A DNA stretch of 64,000 nt, taken from the NCBI GenBank assembly GCA_001795615.1, contig MGKI01000014.1:5380-69379 (forward strand). The letters run 5' to 3'. The stretch is from Candidatus Yanofskybacteria bacterium RIFCSPLOWO2_01_FULL_42_49 (GTDB lineage: Bacteria; Patescibacteriota; Minisyncoccia; 2-02-FULL-40-12; GWA2-44-9). Below the pieces are notes generated by a model. It did not search any database and was not told the origin of the DNA. It saw only the letters and a program-made list of their open reading frames with translations. Numbering within the stretch: position 1 is the first letter of the stretch; every line of letters begins with the position of its first letter. The position numbers and the translations under genes are program-made. Positions 9,130-17,175 of this stretch are shown here, in pieces.

Positions 9130-10143
9130 TTATATTATTGAGTATACAATTTTGCCGCCCTCAAAAATGTGAAGTGAGTCGCTTTCTTCGGAAACAGTGA
9201 AAACTGTAGTATTTTTGAAAATATATGATGCCGATATCGCCGATAAGTGACGCAGGTGGACTTTTGCCTTAAAGCCAAATTGTTCGGAGAGATCGTTAAA
9301 TTTGCCGGGATTGATTTTGTTGGCCACTTCTTTAGGTCTTAATCCCTCAATCATTATCCCCGAATGGATAATATCCCCGCCTCTGTCGACTAAAATCGCG
9401 CCGTCAAAATTAATGGTCGTCTCAATATCGTGTTTGTGGCCATGGTAATGTTTTAATAAATTTTGGTGATGCTTTTTATAAATATCCTGCTTTGCGTCGG
9501 GCATATCGGTATATTCATTCCACCTACTCTGCCAGCCAAGAATAATAAAAAGGCCAAAATTCTTTTTGCGGTTCATCAAGCGCAGGATTATCTCTGCTGT
9601 TTTTATCCTCAATTCTTCGGGAAATTTTATTCTTGATTTTTCAAATTTAATTTTCAGTTCGTCTAAAATTTTCTGAATATTTAATTTCCTGGCCGGTTTG
9701 ACCTTGTTCACGTATTTAGCCAAAAGAAGAGAACTATACCTGAAGTTACCGCCCGGCCCGACATTAAAAACAATTTTGCATCCTATTTTTTTGCATGCTT
9801 CGGCTTCAGGAACATTTTTTTCGCCTTTCCGGTTGCCTCCTTTGGCAAAAATATCCGGTTTGATTCTTAGGATTTCTTTGCTAACGCTGACATCTTTGGG
9901 ATTTTTTGGGTGACTGGTAACAACAACCTTGTCAACCCACTTTATGGATCTCAAAATTTCTTCTCTTTCTTTCTGGGGCATCAAAATGTGGGTCTTTTTT
10001 TTCTTAAGCCAATGGTCGTTGTTAAGAATAACCACCAGTTCATCGCCAAGCTTCTTTGCCTCTCTGAGCATCTTAATGTGCCCCATATGAAGAGGGTCAA
10101 ACCCGCCGGATACCGCAACTAATTTTTTCTGCCTATTTTTTAT
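9130..10143 (-). CDS. Cytidylyltransferase-family (HxGH) domain fused to a DisA_N/diadenylate-cyclase-like domain; start codon uncertain
   Basis: The frame extends upstream of the track's ATG 10086 through KKLVAVSGGFDPLHMGH; KPDIFAKGG; C-terminal FDGAILVD, HLRHLSA, VSEES DAC-like motifs. Only ATA (10143) or CTG (10152) occur before the upstream stop at 10165-10167. Confidence 0.75.
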   Translation of the reverse strand: MKNRQKKLVAVSGGFDPLHMGHIKMLREAKKLGDELVVILNNDHWLKKKKTHILMPQKEREEILRSIKWVDKVVVTSHPKNPKDVSVSKEILRIKPDIFAKGGNRKGEKNVPEAEACKKIGCKIVFNVGPGGNFRYSSLLLAKYVNKVKPARKLNIQKILDELKIKFEKSRIKFPEELRIKTAEIILRLMNRKKNFGLFIILGWQSRWNEYTDMPDAKQDIYKKHHQNLLKHYHGHKHDIETTINFDGAILVDRGGDIIHSGIMIEGLRPKEVANKINPGKFNDLSEQFGFKAKVHLRHLSAISASYIFKNTTVFTVSEESDSLHIFEGGKIVYSII

Positions 10144-10777
10144 AAATTTCAGATGAAATTCTTTCTACCGCTTCAACTGGGTTGGCCGACTTAATAACGG
10201 GTCGGCCAATGACAAGAAGATCGGCCCCCAATTTAACTGCTTCCAAGGGAGTCACAGTACGGCCTTGGTCATCTTTTATATTGTACCATTTTGGGCGAAT
10301 CCCCGGAACAACTTTTAATCCCCTAAAATTCTTAAGATAGTTGAGTTCATGCGCAGAGCAGACCACGCCATCGAGTTTAGCTTTTTTAATATCCACGATT
10401 AACTTCAAAAATTCCTTTTTACTTACGGTATTTTTGGAAGTAAGGATGGTCACTCCAAGTATTTTGGCTCGACGAGCAGCCTTTTTAGACGCTTCCATCA
10501 TTTCCACTCCTCCGACAGCGTGAACAGTTATTAAGTCGGCCCCTGCTTTTTCCAAACGAGCAACGGAACGGGCCACCGTTGACGGAATGTCGTGCAGTTT
10601 AGCGTCAGCAAAAACCTTGCCGAATTTTTTGAGCTTTTGAATTATTTCTCCGCCTTCGACAGAAAATAGCAAGTCGTTGACCTTAAATCCCCAAACATTA
10701 TTTTTTAATTTTGCCGCAATTTTCAGAGCTTCTTTAACAGACACCCCATCAAGAGAAAGAATGATCTTACGCTCCAT
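10133..10777 (-). CDS. pyrF: Orotidine-5'-phosphate decarboxylase
   Basis: [44 protein letters not shown]; ATG 10777 overlaps the secA stop region. Confidence 0.95.
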   Translation of the reverse strand: MERKIILSLDGVSVKEALKIAAKLKNNVWGFKVNDLLFSVEGGEIIQKLKKFGKVFADAKLHDIPSTVARSVARLEKAGADLITVHAVGGVEMMEASKKAARRAKILGVTILTSKNTVSKKEFLKLIVDIKKAKLDGVVCSAHELNYLKNFRGLKVVPGIRPKWYNIKDDQGRTVTPLEAVKLGADLLVIGRPVIKSANPVEAVERISSEIYKK

Positions 10778-13706
10778 GACACTTTTTATACTTTTTTCCG
10801 CTTCCACAGGGGCAGGGATCGTTCCTGCCTACGCTACCAAATTCATTATTCATGATTCCTGATTCATTTCTGTGCACAGGTTCATTTATAACGGACTGAT
10901 GTTTGTGAGGTCTGATGTCGGGCTTGCCCTCCATGGCTTCAGCGACGGAGGGTCTTTGTTCTTCCATCTTTGTCGGTCGCGGTTGCTGTATTAACGAAAC
11001 TTTAAAAATAATGTTAGCAACTTGAGCTTCAATGGCTGAGGTCAGCTGTTGGAACATTTTTTGCCCTTCAATTTTATATTCAACCAGAGGATCTCTTTGG
11101 CCGTAAGCGCGTAAGCGAACCGAATCGCGGAGATACTCCATCGCTTCAATGTGATCCATCCACAGTTCGTCTATCGTTCTTAAGAGGACCAACTTCTCCA
11201 ATTTTCTCATGTCTTCTTCGCCTACTTCTTTTTCTTTTTCCTCATATTTTTGATAAACGAATTCCAACACTTCTTTTTTTATCTCTTCCTTTTCTTTTGA
11301 TTCGTAATTCGTAATTCGTAATTCGTAATTCGTTAGAGCTTTAACACTTTCTTCAATTTCTTTAATATTCCACTCATAATTAGAGCCTTGGGTATGAAAA
11401 TCAACAATCTGGCTTATTGTATTCTCAATAAAGTTTTGAATTTTGAGTTTTGAATTTTGAGTTTGTTTAGAGTTTAGAGTTTCGAGTTTAGAGTTTACGA
11501 TTTCTCGCCTTAGCCGATAAATCGTCTCGCGGTGCTTATTCATCACATCATCGTACTCAAGCACATATTTTCTTATGTCAAAATTGTGGCCCTCTATCTT
11601 TGACTGCGCCTGTTCAATCGCGCGAGAAATAAATCTGTTCTCAACTACGTCATCATCACCGACACCAAGTGTCTCCATAATATTATGAAGTCGGTCGCCG
11701 CCAAACACCCTGATAACATCATCTTGAGTAGAAACGAAGAACTGCGATGAACCGGGATCGCCTTGCCGTCCGGCGCGGCCACGAAGCTGGTCATCTATCC
11801 GTCTTGCTTCGTGCCGTTCTGTGCCAATAACATGGAGACCTCCGACTTCGCGAACCTTGTTCGCTTCGTCGGGCAAAGCAGGATTGCCGCCAAGAATAAT
11901 ATCAACTCCGCGGCCGGCCATATTAGTTGCGACCGTTACCGCGCCAAGCCGTCCGGCTTGAGCGTGCAGTTCCGCTTCTTTTTCATGCTGTTTGGCGTTT
12001 AACACATTGTGAGGAATGCCGTCTCTCGAAAGCATCGCTGACAATAATTCGTTCTTTTCTATGGATACCGTACCAACAAGCACCGGCTGGCCTTTCTCGT
12101 GTTTTTCCTTTACTTCTCTGACTACCGCCCGAAATTTCCCCTCTTCATTTTTGTAAATCCTGTCTGGCATATCTTTTCTTACCAGCGGTTTATTCGTCGG
12201 CACTTCAACAACATCAAGACCATATACTTTGTGAAATTCTTCAGCAGATGTTCGGGCGGTACCGGTCATGCCGGCGAGTTTTTTGTATAAACGAAAATAG
12301 TTCTGGAATGTTATCGTGGCGAGAGTTCTGGATTCTTTTTGTATTTTCACTCCTTCTTTCGCCTCAACCGCCTGATGAAGCCCCTCGGACCAGCGCCGAC
12401 CCGGCATTAACCGTCCTGTAAATTCGTCGACAATTATTACTTCCTTTCCGCCGGAGGCGGATCCGCCTCCGGCGGAAACCACATAGTCGCGGTCTTTTTT
12501 AAATAAGACCTGCGCTTTAAGCGCCTGCTCAAGGTGATGGACATGCCTTACTCCTCCTTCGTTGTAAATGTTGCTTATACCCAGCGCTTTTTCCACTTTT
12601 TCTATCCCTTTCTCGGTAATAGACACCGCTTTTAATTTTTCGTCTAGATTATAGTCTTCGTTCTCAACAAGCCGCGGAGCGATACGGGCAAATGTTTCAT
12701 ATAATTTACCGGAGTCCTCGTCAGGCGCAGAAATTATAAGAGGAGTTCTTGCTTCGTCAATCAAAATACTGTCGACTTCATCAACTATTGCAAAGTTATG
12801 CATTTGTTGCAGGTCTTTAGTATTTTGAATTTCGGATTTTGAATTTGGAATTTGTTTAGGATTTAGGATTTGGGATTTAGGATTTTCGCTTCGCAATTGA
12901 ACCATTTGCGAAGCGTCATAGGCCATATTGTCGCGCAAATAGTCGAACCCCAACTCGTTGTTCGTACAGTATGTAATATCAGCCGCATAGGCCTCCTTGC
13001 GACCAACCGGCCTCAAAAACTCGTGAACAACCTTAAAACTTCCTAGGGTGTCTCTTGTCTCATCAAGTTTAGAGTTTTGCTTGCCCGCCGAAGCTTTAGC
13101 GAAGGCGGGGTCATTTGGTTTTTTGTTTTCATTGGAAATTGAAAATTGGAAATTGGAAATTCCACTTGCTTCTTTGTTTGTCTCGCTATGGCTTGGATCG
13201 TATAGATACGAGCTATCGTGATTGATACATCCCACAGTAAGTCCGAGCAAGTGGTAAATCTGTCCCATCCAGGCCGTATCGCGGCGGGATAGGTAGTCAT
13301 TCACGGTTACGATGTGAACTCCTTGTCCGGCAAGCGCGTTCAAATATGCCGGCAATGTGGCAACTAAAGTTTTCCCTTCACCAGTTTTCATTTCGGCAAT
13401 CTTGCCCTGATGCAAAACAATGCCGCCCATCAACTGAACGTCAAAATGCCGCTGGTTAAGCGTCCGTTTGGCCGCTTCGCGAACCGCCGCAAATGCTTCG
13501 GGCAGAATATCGTCCAACGACTCAATGGCTCCGTCATTGAGTCGTTCATTGAGTCGTTGACGAAATTCTCCCGTTTTCGCCTTTAACTCCTCGTCTGACA
13601 GTTTCTCAAATTCCGGCTCAAGCGAATTTATCCGGTCTATGACCGGCTGAAGCGACTTAATATACCTAGCATTAGCGTCCCCGAATACTTTACCTAGTAT
13701 TGACAT
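10767..13706 (-). CDS. secA: Preprotein translocase ATPase SecA carrying multiple repeat-derived in-frame insertions
   Basis: [43 protein letters not shown]-terminal [23 protein letters not shown] motif. Confidence 0.99.
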   Translation of the reverse strand: MSILGKVFGDANARYIKSLQPVIDRINSLEPEFEKLSDEELKAKTGEFRQRLNERLNDGAIESLDDILPEAFAAVREAAKRTLNQRHFDVQLMGGIVLHQGKIAEMKTGEGKTLVATLPAYLNALAGQGVHIVTVNDYLSRRDTAWMGQIYHLLGLTVGCINHDSSYLYDPSHSETNKEASGISNFQFSISNENKKPNDPAFAKASAGKQNSKLDETRDTLGSFKVVHEFLRPVGRKEAYAADITYCTNNELGFDYLRDNMAYDASQMVQLRSENPKSQILNPKQIPNSKSEIQNTKDLQQMHNFAIVDEVDSILIDEARTPLIISAPDEDSGKLYETFARIAPRLVENEDYNLDEKLKAVSITEKGIEKVEKALGISNIYNEGGVRHVHHLEQALKAQVLFKKDRDYVVSAGGGSASGGKEVIIVDEFTGRLMPGRRWSEGLHQAVEAKEGVKIQKESRTLATITFQNYFRLYKKLAGMTGTARTSAEEFHKVYGLDVVEVPTNKPLVRKDMPDRIYKNEEGKFRAVVREVKEKHEKGQPVLVGTVSIEKNELLSAMLSRDGIPHNVLNAKQHEKEAELHAQAGRLGAVTVATNMAGRGVDIILGGNPALPDEANKVREVGGLHVIGTERHEARRIDDQLRGRAGRQGDPGSSQFFVSTQDDVIRVFGGDRLHNIMETLGVGDDDVVENRFISRAIEQAQSKIEGHNFDIRKYVLEYDDVMNKHRETIYRLRREIVNSKLETLNSKQTQNSKLKIQNFIENTISQIVDFHTQGSNYEWNIKEIEESVKALTNYELRITNYESKEKEEIKKEVLEFVYQKYEEKEKEVGEEDMRKLEKLVLLRTIDELWMDHIEAMEYLRDSVRLRAYGQRDPLVEYKIEGQKMFQQLTSAIEAQVANIIFKVSLIQQPRPTKMEEQRPSVAEAMEGKPDIRPHKHQSVINEPVHRNESGIMNNEFGSVGRNDPCPCGSGKKYKKCHGA
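10841..10868. repeat. In-frame heptamer repeat in secA
   Basis: ATTCATT ATTCATG ATTCCTG ATTCATT; encodes NESGIMNNE. Confidence 0.7.
10927..10952. repeat. REP-like palindrome (family A) in secA
   Basis: CCCTCC-ATGGCTTCAGCGAC-GGAGGG; encodes PSVAEAMEG. Confidence 0.75.
11301..11335. repeat. In-frame heptamer repeat in secA
   Basis: (TTCGTAA)x4 plus TTCGTTA; encodes [11 protein letters not shown]. Confidence 0.9.
11432..11496. repeat. In-frame heptamer tract in secA
   Basis: AGTTTTG AATTTTG AGTTTTG AATTTTG AGTTTG TTTAGAG TTTAGAG TTTCGAG TTTAGAG; encodes [21 protein letters not shown]. Confidence 0.85.
12445..12478. repeat. Perfect 34-bp GC-rich palindrome (family B) in secA
   Basis: TTTCCGCCGGAGGCGGATCCGCCTCCGGCGGAAA equals its own reverse complement; encodes [11 protein letters not shown]. 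Confidence 0.95.
12816..12888. repeat. In-frame heptamer tract in secA
   Basis: TTTAGTA TTTTGAA TTTCGGA TTTTGAA TTTGGAA TTTG TTTAGGA TTTAGGA TTTGGGA TTTAGGA; encodes [24 protein letters not shown]. Confidence 0.85.
13084..13109. repeat. REP-like palindrome (family A) in secA
   Basis: CCCGCC-GAAGCTTTAGCGAA-GGCGGG; encodes PAFAKASAG. Confidence 0.85.
13131..13161. repeat. In-frame heptamer repeat in secA
   Basis: ATTGGAA ATTGAAA ATTGGAA ATTGGAA ATT; encodes [10 protein letters not shown]. Confidence 0.85.
13516..13558. repeat. 12-bp inverted repeat with tandem duplication of one arm in secA
   Basis: AACGACTCAATG (13516-13527), 7-nt loop, then CATTGAGTCGTT twice (13535-13546, 13547-13558); encodes [14 protein letters not shown]. 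Confidence 0.8.
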
Positions 13707-13894
13707 AAATACCTGTTTATTATAGGTTATCAGCGGATTTATTACAAATAAAGGGCAGCGTGTGCTTCCTAAAATTAAAAAGGCGTCTGTACTTTTTTAT
13801 CTACTTTTTATTGTAACGCTAAAGTCCGTTTTGTTTCTGGTGTTTTTCTTAAGTATTTTCTTCTCTTAAATCTTTGAGCAAATTTTCCAAAAAA

Positions 13895-13957
13895 TTGACA
13901 CAGAACTAAAGCCGTGCTATCATAAGGCACGGTTTTTGGTTCGTTCAAAAGGGAGGT
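13895..13957 (+). promoter_or_regulatory. Promoter plus boxA-like 12-mer and SD
   Basis: TTGACA (13895-13900), 17 nt, TATCAT (13918-13923); GTTCGTTCAAAA (13939-13950); GGGAGGT SD. Confidence 0.7.
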
Positions 13958-13961
13958 TATT

Positions 13962-14207
13962 GTGGAGTTTGCTGCCGTTCAAGAAGTCAAAGAGTGCAAA
14001 TCACAGGATGATGTGAATGAATTACTACGCCAGGGAAATTGGAAGTTACTGGCGGTAAAAGTTGAAAAGGTTAAAAAACCAGTTGGGAAAGAGAGGGTGG
14101 GAGTAGATGCAGTTTCTGACTGGGCTAATGGCCAAAGATGGTGGGATAGATATGAGATTAAGTACGAAGAATGCTTAGAATCTACTTATGTACTGGGTAG
14201 GTTATAA
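13962..14207 (+). CDS. Hypothetical protein (81 aa)
   Basis: GTG start behind a strong SD and promoter; followed by a GCCGAC-TAT-GTCGGC-T-run terminator. Confidence 0.7.
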   Translation: MEFAAVQEVKECKSQDDVNELLRQGNWKLLAVKVEKVKKPVGKERVGVDAVSDWANGQRWWDRYEIKYEECLESTYVLGRL

Positions 14208-14311
14208 AATCTGTTTTCCTTGCCGACTATGTCGGCTTTTTCTTTTTATCCCCAATATCTCTGGAAACGCTAGGAGTCAGTTGTCGTGATAATTTTCTTG
14301 AAAAAGAAGAT

Positions 14312-14572
14312 ATGCAAATTCCCGGCAAAGTAGTAAATATTTGGTATTCAAAAAACACTAAAGTTGTACAGGTGAAGATAGATCTGGGCCTGGAAACATC
14401 AAGAGGAAACAGGTATATTCAAGGTCTTTTCGAATTTACTGATGAATATTTTGGAACCCTAGACCCTAAGCATGGAGATTGCGTATCGGTTTGGGCAGGC
14501 CTTTACAAGCATGGGGAAACAGTTATTTATACAAATCGCAATCTTACTCCTGGCCCTACCCAATGTGAGTGA
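14312..14572 (+). CDS. Hypothetical protein (86 aa, beta-rich, possibly OB-fold-like)
   Basis: ATG start; fills the gap before the convergent hpf; no motif recognised. Confidence 0.5.
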   Translation: MQIPGKVVNIWYSKNTKVVQVKIDLGLETSRGNRYIQGLFEFTDEYFGTLDPKHGDCVSVWAGLYKHGETVIYTNRNLTPGPTQCE

Positions 14573-14599
14573 TTAGCGCGGCATTTCTGCCGCTCTGTG

Positions 14600-14626
14600 T
14601 CCGCCGAAGCTTTATGTGAAGGCGGA
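14600..14626. repeat. REP-like palindrome (family A), intergenic between convergent genes
   Basis: TCCGCC-GAAGCTTTATGTGAA-GGCGGA. Confidence 0.8.
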
Positions 14627-14628
14627 TT

Positions 14629-15018
14629 TTATTTCCTGGTTTTTCTTGAGAGATCCACTTTTTTGCTTTTAAACTTTTGGATTTGTCTTTGAAGTTCATT
14701 CTTTACATCAACAATCGCGTTGCGCAGATCCTCATGCTGGCAAGTTGCCCGCAAGAGTTGACCGCCCAGTTTTAAGTTAACCTCGGCATAGAATATTCTA
14801 CCGGAACGATGATGTTTTGACGGCAACCCGATTTCAACCCTTGCTTCCATTGGCTCGCCGAAGCCTTGTCGCTGACGCTCCATAGCTTTAGCGACGGAGC
14901 GGCGAAGGCGGCTAGGGCCTCCGCCTAAAAATTTTTCCAATCCCCCTATTTTGTCCTCAATAAAAACTTCCAAGGGCCCGTCAAGGGAAATATTTTTAGT
15001 CGTTATGATTAATTTCAT
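14629..15018 (-). CDS. hpf: Ribosome hibernation promoting factor (HPF/RaiA, short form) with repeat-derived insertion
   Basis: MKLIITTKNISLD...FIEDKIGGLEKF, SKHHRSGRIFYAEVNL, EDLRNAIVDVKNELQRQIQKFK. Confidence 0.9.
   Translation of the reverse strand: MKLIITTKNISLDGPLEVFIEDKIGGLEKFLGGGPSRLRRSVAKAMERQRQGFGEPMEARVEIGLPSKHHRSGRIFYAEVNLKLGGQLLRATCQHEDLRNAIVDVKNELQRQIQKFKSKKVDLSRKTRK
14856..14910. repeat. Nested pair of family-A palindromes inside hpf
   Basis: Outer CGCCGAAGCCTT (14856-14867) ... GGCGAAGGCG (14901-14910) split by inner GCTCCATAGCTTTAGCGACGGAGC (14877-14900). Confidence 0.8.
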
Positions 15019-15133
15019 ACAATAATCCTAATTTTAAATTCTAAAAATTGCAAATTGAAAATTCATTAAAAATTAAATGAGTTATGCACAAAAAATTCTG
15101 TACAAGAATTTTTTGTAAGCGTAAATTTAAATT

Positions 15134-16462
15134 ATGAACGGAAACGGCAATGGGTATCAGGAAAAACCCAAACATAAATTTTTATTTGTATCGTGGGAAG
15201 CGTTGAGCGGAGATTTGGCGTGGAAAATAAAAAATGAGGGACACGAGGTCAAGTGCTACATAAAAGATTCCACCGACGAATACGACGGACTCATTGAAAA
15301 AATAGACGACTGGAAAAAATATGTTGAGTGGGCCGATGTAGTTGTCTTTGACGATGTCGGATTCGGCAAAGAAGCTGAAGCCTTGCGCAAGGCAGGTAAA
15401 GCCGTCGTCGGAGGAAGCATTTACACCGACCGCCTCGAAGAAGAGCGAGAGTTCGGCCAATCGGAAATGAAACGACTCGGCATGTTGACTTTGCCTTCTT
15501 GGGACTTTGACGACTACGACAAAGCGCTCCAGTTCATAAAAGAAAACCCCGGACGATATGTATATAAGCCATCGAGTTTTACATCGATTAATTTATTTCT
15601 GACAGGCGACTTGAAAAAAGGACTGTCGTTCACCGGCAAGGAAGAAGACGGAAAAGACTTATACGAAATAATCGAACAGAACAAAAAAGTCCTAAGCCGG
15701 AAAGTAAAACAGTTCCAGCTGCAAAAATATGTAAACGGCGTGGAAGTCGGGGCATCGGCATTTTTCAACGGAGAGAAATTTATTACCCCGATATTGGTTG
15801 CCTTTGAACATAAGCGTCTTTTCCCGGGAGAACTTGGTTCTATGACGGGAGAAATGGGCACATCCATGTTCTGGTCTGAGCCGAACAAATTATTTAAAGA
15901 AACAACGGGCAGGATGGAAGAAGACCTTAAAAAATCCGGTTATGTCGGTTACATAGACATTAACTGCATAGTCAACGGGAGAGGAATTTACCCTCTTGAA
16001 TTTACATGCCGATTCGGTTATCCGACGATCAGCATTCAACAGGAAGGAACATTGAGCGAATGGGGTGAATTTTTATATGCTCTAGCCAACCACAAAGACT
16101 ACCAGCTTAGAACTAAACGAGGATTTCAGATAGGAGTCGTCTGCGTGGTACCGCCATTCCCCTATCATGATCCGACCCAGATGGAAATATACAAAGACCT
16201 GTCAATCCTTTTTAAAAAGCCGGGCCTGGAAGGCATCCACCTTGGCGATGTAAAAGTAATCGACAACATCTGGCGGGTTGCCGGAAACAGCGCTTATGTC
16301 TTGATTGTCACAGGAAGCGGATCAACCATGGAAGAGGCCCGCAAACAGGCCTACTTGAGGATAGAGAATGTAATCTTAGTTAACATGTTCTACCGCACTG
16401 ATATCGGAGCGGGCTGGGGAGAAGATAGCGACAAGCTCCAGACTTGGGGGTATTTATATTAG
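15134..16462 (+). CDS. PurD-like (phosphoribosylamine-glycine ligase family) ATP-grasp protein
   Basis: RLEEEREFG, YVYKP, GVEVG, FEHKRLFPG, TGEMGT, LEFTCRFGYP, MFYRTDIG; lacks the canonical PurD N-terminal GxGGREHA motif. Confidence 0.75.
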   Translation: MNGNGNGYQEKPKHKFLFVSWEALSGDLAWKIKNEGHEVKCYIKDSTDEYDGLIEKIDDWKKYVEWADVVVFDDVGFGKEAEALRKAGKAVVGGSIYTDRLEEEREFGQSEMKRLGMLTLPSWDFDDYDKALQFIKENPGRYVYKPSSFTSINLFLTGDLKKGLSFTGKEEDGKDLYEIIEQNKKVLSRKVKQFQLQKYVNGVEVGASAFFNGEKFITPILVAFEHKRLFPGELGSMTGEMGTSMFWSEPNKLFKETTGRMEEDLKKSGYVGYIDINCIVNGRGIYPLEFTCRFGYPTISIQQEGTLSEWGEFLYALANHKDYQLRTKRGFQIGVVCVVPPFPYHDPTQMEIYKDLSILFKKPGLEGIHLGDVKVIDNIWRVAGNSAYVLIVTGSGSTMEEARKQAYLRIENVILVNMFYRTDIGAGWGEDSDKLQTWGYLY

Positions 16463-17116
16463 GATATGTTTTGTCCTCGCCATCAGGGAGTGGATTTTTG
16501 TTTTAATGAGAGAGAAGCCGAAATATTTTTGAAAAATCATATCTAATTTTTCGCGAAGATTTTTTGTATTCCGCATTGATACATATTCCTGAATCGTATC
16601 AGGTTCCACCAGAACATACGCATTCGCCTCATCAATGGCAACATCATCACAATAGCCCATCCGACGCAGTCCTTTGTTTATTGATCCGATATTGTATTCC
16701 TTTATACATCTCTCAACTTCTTTGCGATAGTCCGGATTAACATAAATAGCGCCGTGAGCAAATTCGTGTTTAACCGTTTCGGTAAAATATTCGGCACCGG
16801 GAGTAACTCCAATCACATAAAAGTCACCTCGGGCATCTTTGCAAATATCCAACAAGTTCTGCTCCAACGGCGTTAAGGGGTCGAACCGGCCAGACCTAAA
16901 AGGCTCAATAGCCCTGGATGGGATATTAAACCCGTACCAGTCTTTAGTATATGTAAAAGCGCCGTATTTTAAGGCGTACCAGTGGGCAAAATCATCAACG
17001 GTAAAAACCCGGCCTTTGAATTCCGGAGATTCATAATACTCCTGAAACCTCATAAACATCCCAGCTAGAACTTGACGACTTGATGATTCTATTAGGTAAA
17101 TTGGGGCGAGATTCAT
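16454..17116 (-). CDS. Hypothetical protein with HExxH zincin-like motif
   Basis: FMRFQEYYESP, VKHEFAHG, downstream DEANAY. Confidence 0.65.
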   Translation of the reverse strand: MNLAPIYLIESSSRQVLAGMFMRFQEYYESPEFKGRVFTVDDFAHWYALKYGAFTYTKDWYGFNIPSRAIEPFRSGRFDPLTPLEQNLLDICKDARGDFYVIGVTPGAEYFTETVKHEFAHGAIYVNPDYRKEVERCIKEYNIGSINKGLRRMGYCDDVAIDEANAYVLVEPDTIQEYVSMRNTKNLREKLDMIFQKYFGFSLIKTKIHSLMARTKHILI

Positions 17117-17175
17117 TTGTCCATCTTGGCAGAATTTTTTTAGGACGCAAGTTGACTGAAATCAACAAAATCAGT

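Noticed and set aside
4565-10143. Calling JAB + nucleases + cyclase a CBASS system, or the PD-(D/E)XK protein a CRISPR Cas4
   Set aside because: No CD-NTase, E1/E2, SAVED/patatin/TM effector, cas1/cas2 or array; the genes have separate promoters and terminators.
10841-13161. Inteins or introns in secA
   Set aside because: The inserts are only ~9-35 aa, lack intein C/S...HN termini and intron-sized structure, and are explained by DNA repeats.
13740-13890. Purine-biased stretch upstream of secA that looks like a gene fragment
   Set aside because: All minus-strand frames close within ~30 codons and no motif was recognised.
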